Virus record (IMG/VR): IMGVR_UViG_3300032076_000020
Coordinates: 1-42,132 of that record
Origin: a virus
Lineage: Duplodnaviria; Caudoviricetes
Reading direction: 5' to 3' (one strand)
DNA: 42,132 nt
Shown here piece after piece: positions 8,079 to 17,041 of the stretch (positions within the stretch are counted from its first letter, which is position 1; every line of letters starts with the position of its first letter). The notes under the pieces are model-generated. The model saw nothing but the letters and a program-made list of their open reading frames with translations. It searched no databases and was not told the origin of the DNA. The position numbers and the translations under genes were made by a program.

Positions 8079-8374
8079 CCCTGTGTTGTGATAATTATAC
8101 TATGATGCTGGAAAAACACCTAGAACATTGTAAGTTTATTTGAATCAACAAAATACTTTTGTTCTACTAGGTACTAGGAAAAAGTGCTCTCCAGTTGCTG
8201 TGAAAACGTGGAGGGGGAGCACAGCCAGCGGGACGGATACAGAACGTATTACTATTAATTTATATTTATATTTATATAGAACAATATAGAACAATAGGTA
8301 AGTATAAGAAAAGAAAAGGGAAAATTTTAGGTGTTTTGTTCTACGAGGGAAAGTGAACCTAGAACACTAGAACA
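8029..8374. repeat. Candidate replication origin: 10 TAGAACA heptamers in both orientations around an AT-rich core
   Basis: Forward copies at 8029, 8121, 8277, 8287, 8360, 8368; reverse copies at 8038, 8050, 8160, 8337; near-pure A/T tract at about 8247-8300. Confidence 0.65.
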
Positions 8375-8401
8375 AAAGAAAAAACCCGACCGGCGCCGGG
8401 C
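8374..8401 (-). terminator. Intrinsic terminator of the small early-gene operon
   Basis: Minus strand CCCGGC-GCCG-GTCGGG followed by TTTTTTCTTTT. Confidence 0.7.
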
Positions 8402-8423
8402 TCTCCTGGTTATGGTGGGAAGG

Positions 8424-8594
8424 CTAGTATATCCAAAAGACTTTGTCGGAAACGTTGAAAGTGTAACGTTCGTCCGAGTCATCGCAATAAGCGCGCGTCT
8501 TACCTGTTTTCTGCATAGTCCAACCAAGATAGATGAAGTAATGGTGGACGGGTACTCGATCGAACCTGATCAACTCACCTCTGGGCTCAGACAT
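8424..8594 (-). CDS. 56-aa hypothetical protein (not in ORF track)
   Basis: MSEPRGELIRFDRVPVHHYFIYLGWTMQKTGKTRAYC...KVFWIY; AGGAG RBS. Confidence 0.6.
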   Translation of the reverse strand: MSEPRGELIRFDRVPVHHYFIYLGWTMQKTGKTRAYCDDSDERYTFNVSDKVFWIY

Positions 8595-8627
8595 TTTCTC
8601 TCCTGGTTGCTTGGTTGTGGTGGGACG

Positions 8628-8834
8628 CTAGCAGAGCTGATCGATTATCGACCGCGCGTGATCCCAGGATTTATTGCTCGGGATCCTGTGAATTAAAGTG
8701 TTGTCTTTTTCAATCCACATATCCCCTGAGAATGAACTTCTTTTCACCCAGTAACCGCGGTACAGCAATTCATTGAAGTTAAGCTTTTGAATTGCTTTCA
8801 AAGCTTCCTGGCTGCGGGCATTTCGGTTTTTCAT
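8628..8834 (-). CDS. Hypothetical protein
   Basis: 68 aa, GGAG RBS, ends ARSIIDQLC. Confidence 0.6.
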   Translation of the reverse strand: MKNRNARSQEALKAIQKLNFNELLYRGYWVKRSSFSGDMWIEKDNTLIHRIPSNKSWDHARSIIDQLC

Positions 8835-8894
8835 TTTCGTCTCCGGGTGAATGTGGCGCGCGTCTCAGCGATCGCGCGCCAGGTTAGGCGTTAG

Positions 8895-9524
8895 TTAAAC
8901 GTAAAGATAGGGGTGCAATTCGACGGTTTTTTCGTCCTGGTAGATGGTGACAAAGCAGCGCTTTTCTTCGGACCATTCGATATTGCGGTCCCCATCTTTC
9001 AGGTGCTTTGTCATCTCGTGGAACGGGTGACTGGCATAACCGATGCTGAAACGGTCGTTTTCAGGTACTTCGGTTTTATCGTCGTAATTGACGGTCCAAC
9101 CAAGGCACCAATCAAAAAAGTTTGAATCCGCCAGGTCATCTACTTTGTAGAGGCGGACGCGGCCGTAATTGCCGCGTACATCGCCACCGCGGTGTACTTC
9201 GATGGCAACGTAAACATCGCCGGCATACATCCAATCACTTGCACTCTTCGGGTAAAAGACCTGCCACTGAAAAACGGAGCTGAAGTCGTTTTCGTTGTTG
9301 TAGACGTTATCCACGTTAGTGCATGAATAATCTGTGCCTTCGGCGTTTTCGATGGCTTCCAGGATGACGTATTTGGCTTCCATAAGCCATTTGCCGTCCA
9401 TCTTGGATTCGGTTTCTTCGGTGAGTACTTCGGGTCCGAGCACGGCCGTTAACCAAGCTTCGGTATCAATGTTGGTGCACTCAGGGTATTTCTCATCAAT
9501 GTTGATCAGGTCTTTCATTGTCAT
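8895..9524 (-). CDS. Acidic hypothetical protein
   Basis: 209 aa; NVYNNENDFSSVFQW...VHRGGDVRGNY; GAGGAG RBS. Confidence 0.75.
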   Translation of the reverse strand: MTMKDLINIDEKYPECTNIDTEAWLTAVLGPEVLTEETESKMDGKWLMEAKYVILEAIENAEGTDYSCTNVDNVYNNENDFSSVFQWQVFYPKSASDWMYAGDVYVAIEVHRGGDVRGNYGRVRLYKVDDLADSNFFDWCLGWTVNYDDKTEVPENDRFSIGYASHPFHEMTKHLKDGDRNIEWSEEKRCFVTIYQDEKTVELHPYLYV

Positions 9525-9697
9525 CTCCTCTGAAACTGAATTCGTTTTGGTTTACTTCCAGGCCTGGCGAGCGTGAAGGCCTACGACTGCGATAAAGAAA
9601 ATTCCCATTATTGCGAGAGTCATTGTTTTTCCTTTCCGCCCGTCTCATCAGTAGTGGAAGGCGAAACCCACTAGACAGCGCTTGCGCGCTGTTTCGA

Positions 9698-9859
9698 CTA
9701 GAGAATTCCTTTCTTCTGGAGGCGAATCTTGAATCCGTATGCGTGATTCGGATTGAGCCCTTTCTTTTCAACAAACATTTCGAAAAGTCTTTCTGCGGGG
9801 ATAAAGACCTTTCCGAATTTGGTGGTTTCGTCGACGAAGTTTAAGAATTCCTGTGTCAT
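9698..9859 (-). CDS. Small hypothetical protein, first gene after the leftward promoter
   Basis: MTQEFLNFVDE..., 53 aa, AGGA RBS. Confidence 0.5.
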   Translation of the reverse strand: MTQEFLNFVDETTKFGKVFIPAERLFEMFVEKKGLNPNHAYGFKIRLQKKGIL

Positions 9860-9872
9860 TGTCCTAATCTCC

Positions 9873-9928
9873 CTGTGTTGTGATTTTCTCAACACAGTTA
9901 GAATCGGACAACTGCCAGAAAATGTCAA
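9873..9928 (-). promoter_or_regulatory. Leftward early promoter with a near-perfect palindromic operator
   Basis: TTGACA at 9923-9928 (minus strand), N17, GATTCT; operator CTGTGTTGTGA-TTT-TCTCAACACAG at 9873-9897. Confidence 0.65.
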
Positions 9929-10032
9929 GCATTTAAATAAAAATCGTTAAATCGCTAGTGTTTATGCGGGGATTACGAATAAGGGTAAAAAGATTTGCAC
10001 AGAGATTTCCACAACGTGAGATAATTTTCGCC

Positions 10033-10518
10033 ATGGCTGTGAGTGTTTCGGATGGTTTGATAAACGAGATATTGGACGAGCTACTTCAAGGCATCACAAT
10101 AAGGAAGGCGTGCGCAAAATTCGGCGTTAGTTCGAGCACTTTCCTATATCGGGTCACAACAGGTGGCAATGAACTGTCAGGACGTTACGCTCGAGTTATG
10201 GAAGCAAGAGCTGATGTGCTGGCGGATGAGACTATTGATATTGCAGATGACGAAAGCAAGGATCCGAACAGGGCTCGCAACCAAATACAAGCCCGTCAAT
10301 GGGTTACAAGCAAGACAGCACCCAAAAAATTTGGTGATCGCATTGATCTGAACGTGACGCAATCGCTCGATATTCGGGCTATTTTGGCGGATGCGCGCGG
10401 ACGTTTGCGACCAATAAGCGACCAGCAGAATATCTTAGATGTAGAAGTGATTGATATCAAACAACTTGATGTGCCTCAATCCACTCATAACGAATCAGAT
10501 ATCGACATATTTAGCTAG
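10033..10518 (+). CDS. terS: Terminase small subunit (Sf6 gp1-like)
   Basis: HTH followed by YARVMEARADVLADETIDIAD...RARNQIQARQW...PKKFGDR; upstream of TerL. Confidence 0.85.
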   Translation: MAVSVSDGLINEILDELLQGITIRKACAKFGVSSSTFLYRVTTGGNELSGRYARVMEARADVLADETIDIADDESKDPNRARNQIQARQWVTSKTAPKKFGDRIDLNVTQSLDIRAILADARGRLRPISDQQNILDVEVIDIKQLDVPQSTHNESDIDIFS

Positions 10519-10731
10519 CTAGTCGCAGCTCTCGAGCCCTGCAGATTCGCAGGCCGGGCATGTTCCGCAATTTGTGCCGGCGCCCTGGCGCAAAGACCGG
10601 GGCGCCGGTGCCGGTAGGGTCCGGATTTTGTGGCAAACAGCCAGTTTTGCGGTCCCTACGCTGACGCGATTTTTATTTTTGAAAATTTTTAAAATATTTT
10701 TGAAAGCAAAATGTGTTACGATTCCCGCATC

Positions 10732-10827
10732 ATGTGGGAAGAGTACCCCATAATCGATGAAAGGCTCATCACTCTCAGCCCCTACGACCGCATGTTTCTC
10801 TGGGCCTTCGGTATTTCCTGGGATTGA
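10732..10827 (+). CDS. 31-aa peptide
   Basis: MWEEYPIIDERLITLSPYDRMFLWAFGISWD, downstream of an extended -10-like TGtTACGAT. Confidence 0.4.
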   Translation: MWEEYPIIDERLITLSPYDRMFLWAFGISWD

Positions 10828-10836
10828 GGCTTTCCG

Positions 10837-10968
10837 GTGGGTGTGAAGAAAAATATTAAACGCCAGCATCGGCGACGAGCCAAGGCCCAGATGAAGAACG
10901 CAAAGGCGGTGCGTAGTCACAAGCGCCCCCGCCCCGGAGGACGTAAGATCCGGGTGAAGCACTGGTAA
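10837..10968 (+). CDS. 43-aa extremely basic peptide
   Basis: MGVKKNIKRQHRRRAKAQMKNAKAVRSHKRPRPGGRKIRVKHW; GAGG 7 nt upstream of the GTG start. Confidence 0.4.
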   Translation: MGVKKNIKRQHRRRAKAQMKNAKAVRSHKRPRPGGRKIRVKHW

Positions 10969-11074
10969 GGAGACTCCCGTGCTACAATCTTTCTAATCTC
11001 CTCGCCTAATCTCCTTGGCGCATCTAACCGGATGCGCCTTTTTATTTTTTCCACAACACGTTACAATTTTCGCG

Positions 11075-12625
11075 ATGCCTGCGTCTCAACCCATCTACGA
11101 CATCCGCGGCGAACAGCAGTTGATGACCGAACTCTGGGATCCCAGGCTGGCGAACAATCTCAACGATTTTGTCAGGTTCGCTTATCCCTGGGGCAAACCC
11201 GGCACGCCGCTCGAGCACCTGACCATCCGCAACTGGCAGGATGAACTTCTCAAAGAGATCTCCGCGTATATCCAGAAAGCGAAGACTCACCAGCAGATCT
11301 TTGAAAAAGTTCCGGAGATGTTCAAGAAGGCGATCGCATCCGGCCGCGGCATTGGCAAGTCGGCGCTGTTTGCCTGGCTGGCGCACTGGCTCACAACGAC
11401 GCGCATCGGATCATCGGTCTGGGTTACGGCCAACGGCGAGCCCCAGCTCAAGACCAAGACATTCCCCGAGATTTCAAAGTGGGTGACGTTGTCAATCAAC
11501 TCCCACTGGTTCGACGTGGCGGCCACCAAGATCGAGCCGGCGGAATGGGTCCGGACTGCCGTCTCGAGAGATCTAAAGATCGACCCGAAGTACTGGTACA
11601 TTGCCGCGCAACTGTGGAGTGAAGAGAACCCGGATGCGTTTGCCGGGGCGCACAACGTCTACGGGGAGATGTACCTGTTTGATGAAGCTTCCGGAATACC
11701 CGGGCCGATCTGGACCGTGGCGCAGGGTGTGTTTACTGAGCAGATCGTGGACAGGTACTGGCTGGCATTCTCGAATCCCCGCCGTAACAAGGGCGCATTT
11801 TTTGAGTGCTTCAACAAGAACAGGGACTTATGGCGCCCACTGCAGATCGACGCCCGCACGGTGGATATCGCGCCCGATGTGTGGCAGTCGATCATTGCAA
11901 CCCATGGCGAGGATTCGGACGAGGCCAGGGTCGAAGTCTACGGGCAGTTCCCCAACTCTAGCGCCAACCAGTTCATTTCGAAGCTGGCTGTCTCTGGTGC
12001 GATGGATCGTTTTTGCGTCTTTGACCCCGGAGCTCCACTTCTGCTTGGCGTCGATGTAGCGCGATTCGGCGAAGACACCTCGGTGCTGGCGTTCCGCAAA
12101 GGCAGGGATGCGGCGTGCATCCCGTGGCAGACGTACAAGGGGCTGGACACCGTGCAGTTGGCTACCAATGTCGCGGATGCGGTTCAGAAGCACAAAGTGG
12201 ATGCGGTCTTCGTGGACGGGAACGGTGTGGGTGGAGGCGTGGTTGACCAGCTTAAGGCGTGGGGGTATCGCGTCATCGAGGTGCAGGCCAGCGGCACTCC
12301 GAACGATCCGGACAAGTTCCTGAACAAGCGGGTTGAGATGTGGGCACTTATGCGGGAATGGCTGGTGATCGGGACGCTGCCCAAGGACAACACCCTGCAT
12401 TCGGACCTGACCACTCCGGACTACAGCTACCACCCGGTGAACAACAAGCTGATGCTTGAGTCGAAAGAGAAGATGAAAGACCGCGGCCTGGCGAGTCCTG
12501 ACCGGGCGGAAGCTTTGGCCATGACCTTTGCCCAACCGGTGGCGCGGAATGACGCACGGACCAGCCGGGGGCATTCCCGGTCGAGGATGTCCTCGAATGT
12601 CGATTACGATATTTTCGGGTCTTGA
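11075..12625 (+). CDS. terL: Terminase large subunit
   Basis: ASGRGIGKS (Walker A), FDEASGI (Walker B), FSNP, GVDVARFGED nuclease motif, SPDRAEA. Confidence 0.95.
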   Translation: MPASQPIYDIRGEQQLMTELWDPRLANNLNDFVRFAYPWGKPGTPLEHLTIRNWQDELLKEISAYIQKAKTHQQIFEKVPEMFKKAIASGRGIGKSALFAWLAHWLTTTRIGSSVWVTANGEPQLKTKTFPEISKWVTLSINSHWFDVAATKIEPAEWVRTAVSRDLKIDPKYWYIAAQLWSEENPDAFAGAHNVYGEMYLFDEASGIPGPIWTVAQGVFTEQIVDRYWLAFSNPRRNKGAFFECFNKNRDLWRPLQIDARTVDIAPDVWQSIIATHGEDSDEARVEVYGQFPNSSANQFISKLAVSGAMDRFCVFDPGAPLLLGVDVARFGEDTSVLAFRKGRDAACIPWQTYKGLDTVQLATNVADAVQKHKVDAVFVDGNGVGGGVVDQLKAWGYRVIEVQASGTPNDPDKFLNKRVEMWALMREWLVIGTLPKDNTLHSDLTTPDYSYHPVNNKLMLESKEKMKDRGLASPDRAEALAMTFAQPVARNDARTSRGHSRSRMSSNVDYDIFGS

Positions 12626-12627
12626 TT

Positions 12628-12657
12628 GTTGTGATAAGCTAAACGCGATGCGAATTT
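12628..12657 (+). promoter_or_regulatory. Candidate late promoter of the head operon
   Basis: TTGTGA-N17-GAATTT with TG extension; 21/26 identical to 27265-27290. Confidence 0.55.
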
Positions 12658-12676
12658 CGCACCAGAGGGTCGCGCC

Positions 12677-12886
12677 ATGAGTGGACTGTTTTCTAAGCCG
12701 ACTGCCCCTGCGCCACCACCGACTCCCCCTCCCCCGCCGACCGTGGCGAGTACGGAAGGTGTTTCGGATGTCGCGGTGCAGCAACAGCAGGAGAAGTTGC
12801 AGCGCGGGCGCACGTCCACGATCCTGACCGGAGGCTCGGGCCTGTCCAGCACAGGTACTACTTCCAAGACTTTGCTGGGGGCGTAA
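12677..12886 (+). CDS. Small virion protein preceding the portal (T7 gp7.3-like)
   Basis: MSGLFSKP, Pro-rich stretch, RGRTSTILT...KTLLG; synteny. Confidence 0.75.
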   Translation: MSGLFSKPTAPAPPPTPPPPPTVASTEGVSDVAVQQQQEKLQRGRTSTILTGGSGLSSTGTTSKTLLGA

Positions 12887-14557
12887 GTGGCTAACGAGCA
12901 GATTGCCGCGGATGTGATGCGTGAGTTCAACCAGCTCGCCTCTAAGCGCGGGATCTGGGAGAAACACTGGGAAGACGTTGCGCGCAAGGTTCTGCCTTAC
13001 TACTCGTCCAGTTTTTATGCGCAGGGCAACACGACCCCCGGTGTGGAGCGCAGCCAGGATCAGTACGACGTAACGGCTAATCTCGCTCTCTGGAAGTTTG
13101 CAGCAGCCATGGAGTCGATGCTGACTCCAGCTACCGGACGCTGGCACAGGCTGCGTCCGAGCGACCCTTCGCTACTTCGTGACCGGGCCACAGCGGTCTG
13201 GTTCGACCAGGTCAACGACCTTCTTTTTCACTACAGGTATGCGCCTCGCAGCGGTTACCAGGCGCAGCAGCACGATGCCTATGTCTCGATTGGCGCCTTT
13301 GGAACGTCATGCCTATTTGCCGATGCTTTTAACGATCCTTCTTATCCCGACACTCGCGGGCTTCGTTATCGGCATGTGCATCTTGGCGAGTGTTTCTTTG
13401 CTACCAACCACCAGGGAATAGTGGACAAGTGCTATCGCCGCTTCAAGATGACCTTGAGGCAGATGGCCCAGAAGTGGGGAGAAGACGTTCTCAGGGATAA
13501 GTACGGCGACAAGCTGAAGACCGCTCCTGAAGACGAGGTCTTCGTCATTCACGCTGTAACCCCGAACATTGATTTCGAGCCGCGCCGGCTGGATAAAAAG
13601 GGCAAGCGGTTCCATTCCCGTTACATCGTGAAGGACACGCAACTGCTGCTCGAGGATGGCGGATACCGCACGTTCCCGTATTCAGTGGCGCGGTATCTTA
13701 CGGCCCCTGGTGAGTTGTACGGCCGCAGTCCTGCGATGAACGTTCTGCCCAGCATTCGCGTGCTGGACGAGGAAAAGAAGACCGTCATCAAGGCTGGCCA
13801 CCGTGCGGTCGATCCGGTCCTGCTGGCGCACGATGATGGTGTTCTGGAGGGTTTCAACCTGAAGCCGGGCGCTGTGAACTACGGTGGCGTCAACTCGCAG
13901 GGACAGCGGTTGGTGCAGGCACTCGAGCAGGGGAACCTGCAGATCGGCAAAGAACTGATGGACGATGAGCGCGCGGCTATCAACGATGCGTTCCTCGTCA
14001 GTCTCTTTCAGATTCTGGTCGAAACTCCGCAGATGACTGCGACAGAAGTTCTGGAGCGGGCGCGCGAAAAAGGTGCGCTGCTTTCCCCGACAATGGGTCG
14101 CTACCAGAGTGAGGGCATTGGCCCCATGATCGAGAGGGAGTTCGATCTCCTGATGTATCAGGGGCTATTGCCACCTCCACCGCAGCGGTTGATCCAGGCC
14201 GGCGCGGAATACCGGGTCGAGTACGATGCCCCGCTTAACCGGGCGATGAAAGCCGAGCAGGCCAGTGGCGCCATGCGTACATTCCAGTGGGCAACGGAGA
14301 TGGCCGCGCAGATGCAGGATCCGTCGCTGCTCGATGTCTTCGATGGTGACGCAATGATCACCGATATCGCGGACATCAACGGTGTTCCATTCAAGTACCT
14401 TCGCGACCCGGATACTATCGCGCAGATACGCCAGGACAGGCAGCAGCAACAGGCAGTTCAGCAGATCACCCAGGCACTGCCGGGTATGGCCGCCATGGCC
14501 AAGGCATCGAGCCCAAAGGGAACGAGTCCTGTCGGCGGGCAGCCTGAAGGAGCTTAG
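12887..14557 (+). CDS. Portal (head-to-tail connector), T7/BPP-1 type
   Basis: 556 aa; FPYSVARY...GELYGRSPA, MTATEVLER motifs. Confidence 0.95.
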   Translation: MANEQIAADVMREFNQLASKRGIWEKHWEDVARKVLPYYSSSFYAQGNTTPGVERSQDQYDVTANLALWKFAAAMESMLTPATGRWHRLRPSDPSLLRDRATAVWFDQVNDLLFHYRYAPRSGYQAQQHDAYVSIGAFGTSCLFADAFNDPSYPDTRGLRYRHVHLGECFFATNHQGIVDKCYRRFKMTLRQMAQKWGEDVLRDKYGDKLKTAPEDEVFVIHAVTPNIDFEPRRLDKKGKRFHSRYIVKDTQLLLEDGGYRTFPYSVARYLTAPGELYGRSPAMNVLPSIRVLDEEKKTVIKAGHRAVDPVLLAHDDGVLEGFNLKPGAVNYGGVNSQGQRLVQALEQGNLQIGKELMDDERAAINDAFLVSLFQILVETPQMTATEVLERAREKGALLSPTMGRYQSEGIGPMIEREFDLLMYQGLLPPPPQRLIQAGAEYRVEYDAPLNRAMKAEQASGAMRTFQWATEMAAQMQDPSLLDVFDGDAMITDIADINGVPFKYLRDPDTIAQIRQDRQQQQAVQQITQALPGMAAMAKASSPKGTSPVGGQPEGA

Positions 14558-14838
14558 TGAGCAGTCTGATCGAGCAAGCACGTGATTTTCTTTTCCGCAG
14601 GCGCACCGCTTACGTCAAGACGTTTCTCAATCCCTTCGGGGACGAAGTGCTGCGCGACCTGGCGAAGTTCTGTCGCGCGCACGCAACTACTTTTCACGCT
14701 GATCCGCGACTGCACGCAGCGGCTGAAGGCAGGAGGGAAGTTTTCCTGCGGATAGCCCATCACCTCAACCTTTCCGAAGACGAACTCTGGCGACTCTACG
14801 GAAACAACTCCGCACCAGTAAGGAACCCAAATGAGTGA
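14557..14838 (+). CDS. Conserved small protein following the portal (Bbp19-like)
   Basis: Y..TF...GDEVLRDLAKFC...EGRREVFLRI. Confidence 0.8.
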   Translation: MSSLIEQARDFLFRRRTAYVKTFLNPFGDEVLRDLAKFCRAHATTFHADPRLHAAAEGRREVFLRIAHHLNLSEDELWRLYGNNSAPVRNPNE

Positions 14839-15730
14839 ATCGACCTCCGCGACTCTCGTAAGCGGGCAAGGTGATGGCACGACCGCTGCCGCAACCACCG
14901 CGACTGCAACCACCGCGACTGCAACAACCACTACAACCGCAGCGGCGACAACCACGACTGCGCCGACATTCGCCTGGATGCCGAATGCCGATGAGACAAC
15001 CGTTGGCTACATCCAGAACAAGGGATGGAAGGATCCTGCACAGGTTCTCGACGGATACAGGAACCTTGAGAAGCTGTTGGGCGCCGATCGCGCCGGCAAC
15101 ACTGTGATCATCCCCAAGCACGATGCCGCACCGGAAGAGATGGGCAAGTTCTTTGACCGGCTCGGGAGGCCCGCGGATGCGAGTGGTTACAAGATTCAGA
15201 TGCCTGAAGGTGGAGATGCCGAGTTCGCCAAGACCGCTGGTGCATGGTTTCACGATCTCGGCTTATCTGAAAAACAAGGTAATGCTCTTGCACAAAAGTG
15301 GAACGATTACGCCGCTTCTGCAAAGACTACGGCGGATCAACAGGCTCAGGCGCGTTTTCAGACGGAAGACGCCTCGCTGAAGGCCGATTGGGGCCAGGCT
15401 TACACCCAGAATGTCGCACAGGCGCAGGCGGCCACTCGCGGGCTCGGTGTCACCAAGGAGCAGATCGACAACATGTCTGCCTCGATGGGCCACAAAGCCA
15501 CGATGGAGTTCTTCCAGAAAATCGGCGCACGCATGGGTGAGGGCTCGTTCGTGACCGGCGACAAGACGCAGCAGTTCTCGAACGTCATGACGCCAGGCCA
15601 GGCGAAGGCTGAGATCCAGACCCTGCGCTCCGACAGGGCATTCACTGCCAAGCTTCTTTCCAAGGATGCCGAAGCCAGCCAGCGCTGGACCCAGCTCCAC
15701 CAGTGGGCATTTCCGGAGGACAGCAAGTGA
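14831..15730 (+). CDS. Capsid scaffolding/assembly protein
   Basis: Low-complexity N-terminus, YRNLEKLLG...LGRP..ASGY, helical; lies between portal and capsid. Confidence 0.8.
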   Translation: MSESTSATLVSGQGDGTTAAATTATATTATATTTTTAAATTTTAPTFAWMPNADETTVGYIQNKGWKDPAQVLDGYRNLEKLLGADRAGNTVIIPKHDAAPEEMGKFFDRLGRPADASGYKIQMPEGGDAEFAKTAGAWFHDLGLSEKQGNALAQKWNDYAASAKTTADQQAQARFQTEDASLKADWGQAYTQNVAQAQAATRGLGVTKEQIDNMSASMGHKATMEFFQKIGARMGEGSFVTGDKTQQFSNVMTPGQAKAEIQTLRSDRAFTAKLLSKDAEASQRWTQLHQWAFPEDSK

Positions 15731-15960
15731 CCGACCCGGAGATCAGGCTGAAGTGCATTGAGCTTGCCATGGAGCAGGCTAAACGTGAGCAAAAGCATGG
15801 GAATAGGCAGGCTATTGCGGAAATCACATCGTATTTGTATAATCTCACGCAGGGAAACGGGAACTCTGCCGTTGGTGAACAACCTACGGTCGGCAAAACC
15901 AACGGGGTAGTCAACGGCAGGGTAAAAAAGCCAGGAGCGGACAAGTCAGTCTTCGACTGA
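15727..15960 (+). CDS. Hypothetical protein
   Basis: GTGA-coupled; EIRLKCIELA motif. Confidence 0.6.
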   Translation: MTDPEIRLKCIELAMEQAKREQKHGNRQAIAEITSYLYNLTQGNGNSAVGEQPTVGKTNGVVNGRVKKPGADKSVFD

Positions 15961-16079
15961 CCCTGCAATTCTGGTCCGGAACCGAACAATTCGGCCCTCC
16001 AGTGATGGAGACAAGCCAGGTGATGTGGCGCCTGAAGCCACAAAGCTAACTGGTTTGAATTCACCTGGAGGGCAAGAAC

Positions 16080-17036
16080 ATGTCGGTTAACGTAAACGTT
16101 GCATTTGTCCAGCAGTACGCGACAAATATTGCCATGCTGCTCCAGCAGCAGGGCTCGCGTCTGAGGGGTGCGGTGCAGGAGCAGTCCTTCGTAGGCAAGG
16201 CTGCTTCGATGGTTGAGCAGTTCGGCGCCGTGTCGCCGGTTCGCAACCAGTCTCGCCACTCGGATACTCCACTCATCTCCACGCCGCAGGACAAGCGCTG
16301 GGTTTACCCCAACGACTATGACTGGGCGGATCTCATCGATCAACAGGACCGTCTCCGTATGCTGATCGACCCCAGCGGTCCCTACACCCAGGCCGGCGTT
16401 ATGGCCATGGGCCGCGCGATCGACGACGAAATCATCTCTGGCTTGCTGAACGCCAACAACACTGGCGACAACGGAACGACTGCGACGACTACGTTGTATG
16501 CGTACAACTCGAATTCACAAAGCGTTGCCGACAGCACCGGTGGCTCTAGCGCGTGCGGATTGAATATCGCCAAGCTTCGTGCTGCGAAGAAAATCCTCAT
16601 GACGGCCGATCTGGATGTGGACAACGACCAGTTGTTCATGGCGATTACGGCCAACCAGCATGACCAGCTCCTGAACGAAGCGCAAGCGGTTTCTCTCGAC
16701 TACAATGATCGTCCGATCCTGGTCGAAGGCCGCATCCGCGCCTTCATGGGCTTCAACTTCATCCACTCAGAACGCATCCCCGGTGGCGCGAACTTCAACA
16801 CCGCCATCAATCCGGCGATTGCATCGGGCGGCTCGAACGGCCAGTACACCACCGGCTCTCGCTACCTGGTTCCGTTCTGGGCGAAGTCCGGATTGGCACT
16901 GGGCATGTGGAACGACATTCAGGCGTCAGTCGATCGTCGCCCTGACAAGCGCAACTCCTGGCAGGTTTACGTCACCGGCACGTTCGGTGGCACACGGCTG
17001 GAAGAGAAGCGCTGCGGCGTCATCAACTGCGTATAG
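16080..17036 (+). CDS. Major capsid protein
   Basis: 318 aa; FVQQY...LLQQQGSRLR, AMGRAIDDEII, FMGFNFI, GGTRLEE; GGAGG RBS. Confidence 0.92.
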   Translation: MSVNVNVAFVQQYATNIAMLLQQQGSRLRGAVQEQSFVGKAASMVEQFGAVSPVRNQSRHSDTPLISTPQDKRWVYPNDYDWADLIDQQDRLRMLIDPSGPYTQAGVMAMGRAIDDEIISGLLNANNTGDNGTTATTTLYAYNSNSQSVADSTGGSSACGLNIAKLRAAKKILMTADLDVDNDQLFMAITANQHDQLLNEAQAVSLDYNDRPILVEGRIRAFMGFNFIHSERIPGGANFNTAINPAIASGGSNGQYTTGSRYLVPFWAKSGLALGMWNDIQASVDRRPDKRNSWQVYVTGTFGGTRLEEKRCGVINCV

Positions 17037-17041
17037 CTAAC

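Noticed and set aside
11828-13147. 439-aa antisense ORF and similar long shadow ORFs (e.g. 37832-38821, 30374-31237)
   Set aside because: They lie opposite well-supported genes in GC-rich DNA and have no motifs, unlike the same-strand nested MTase frame
14880-14965. GCAACCACCGCGACT-type tandem repeats
   Set aside because: They encode the Thr/Ala low-complexity linker of the scaffold protein
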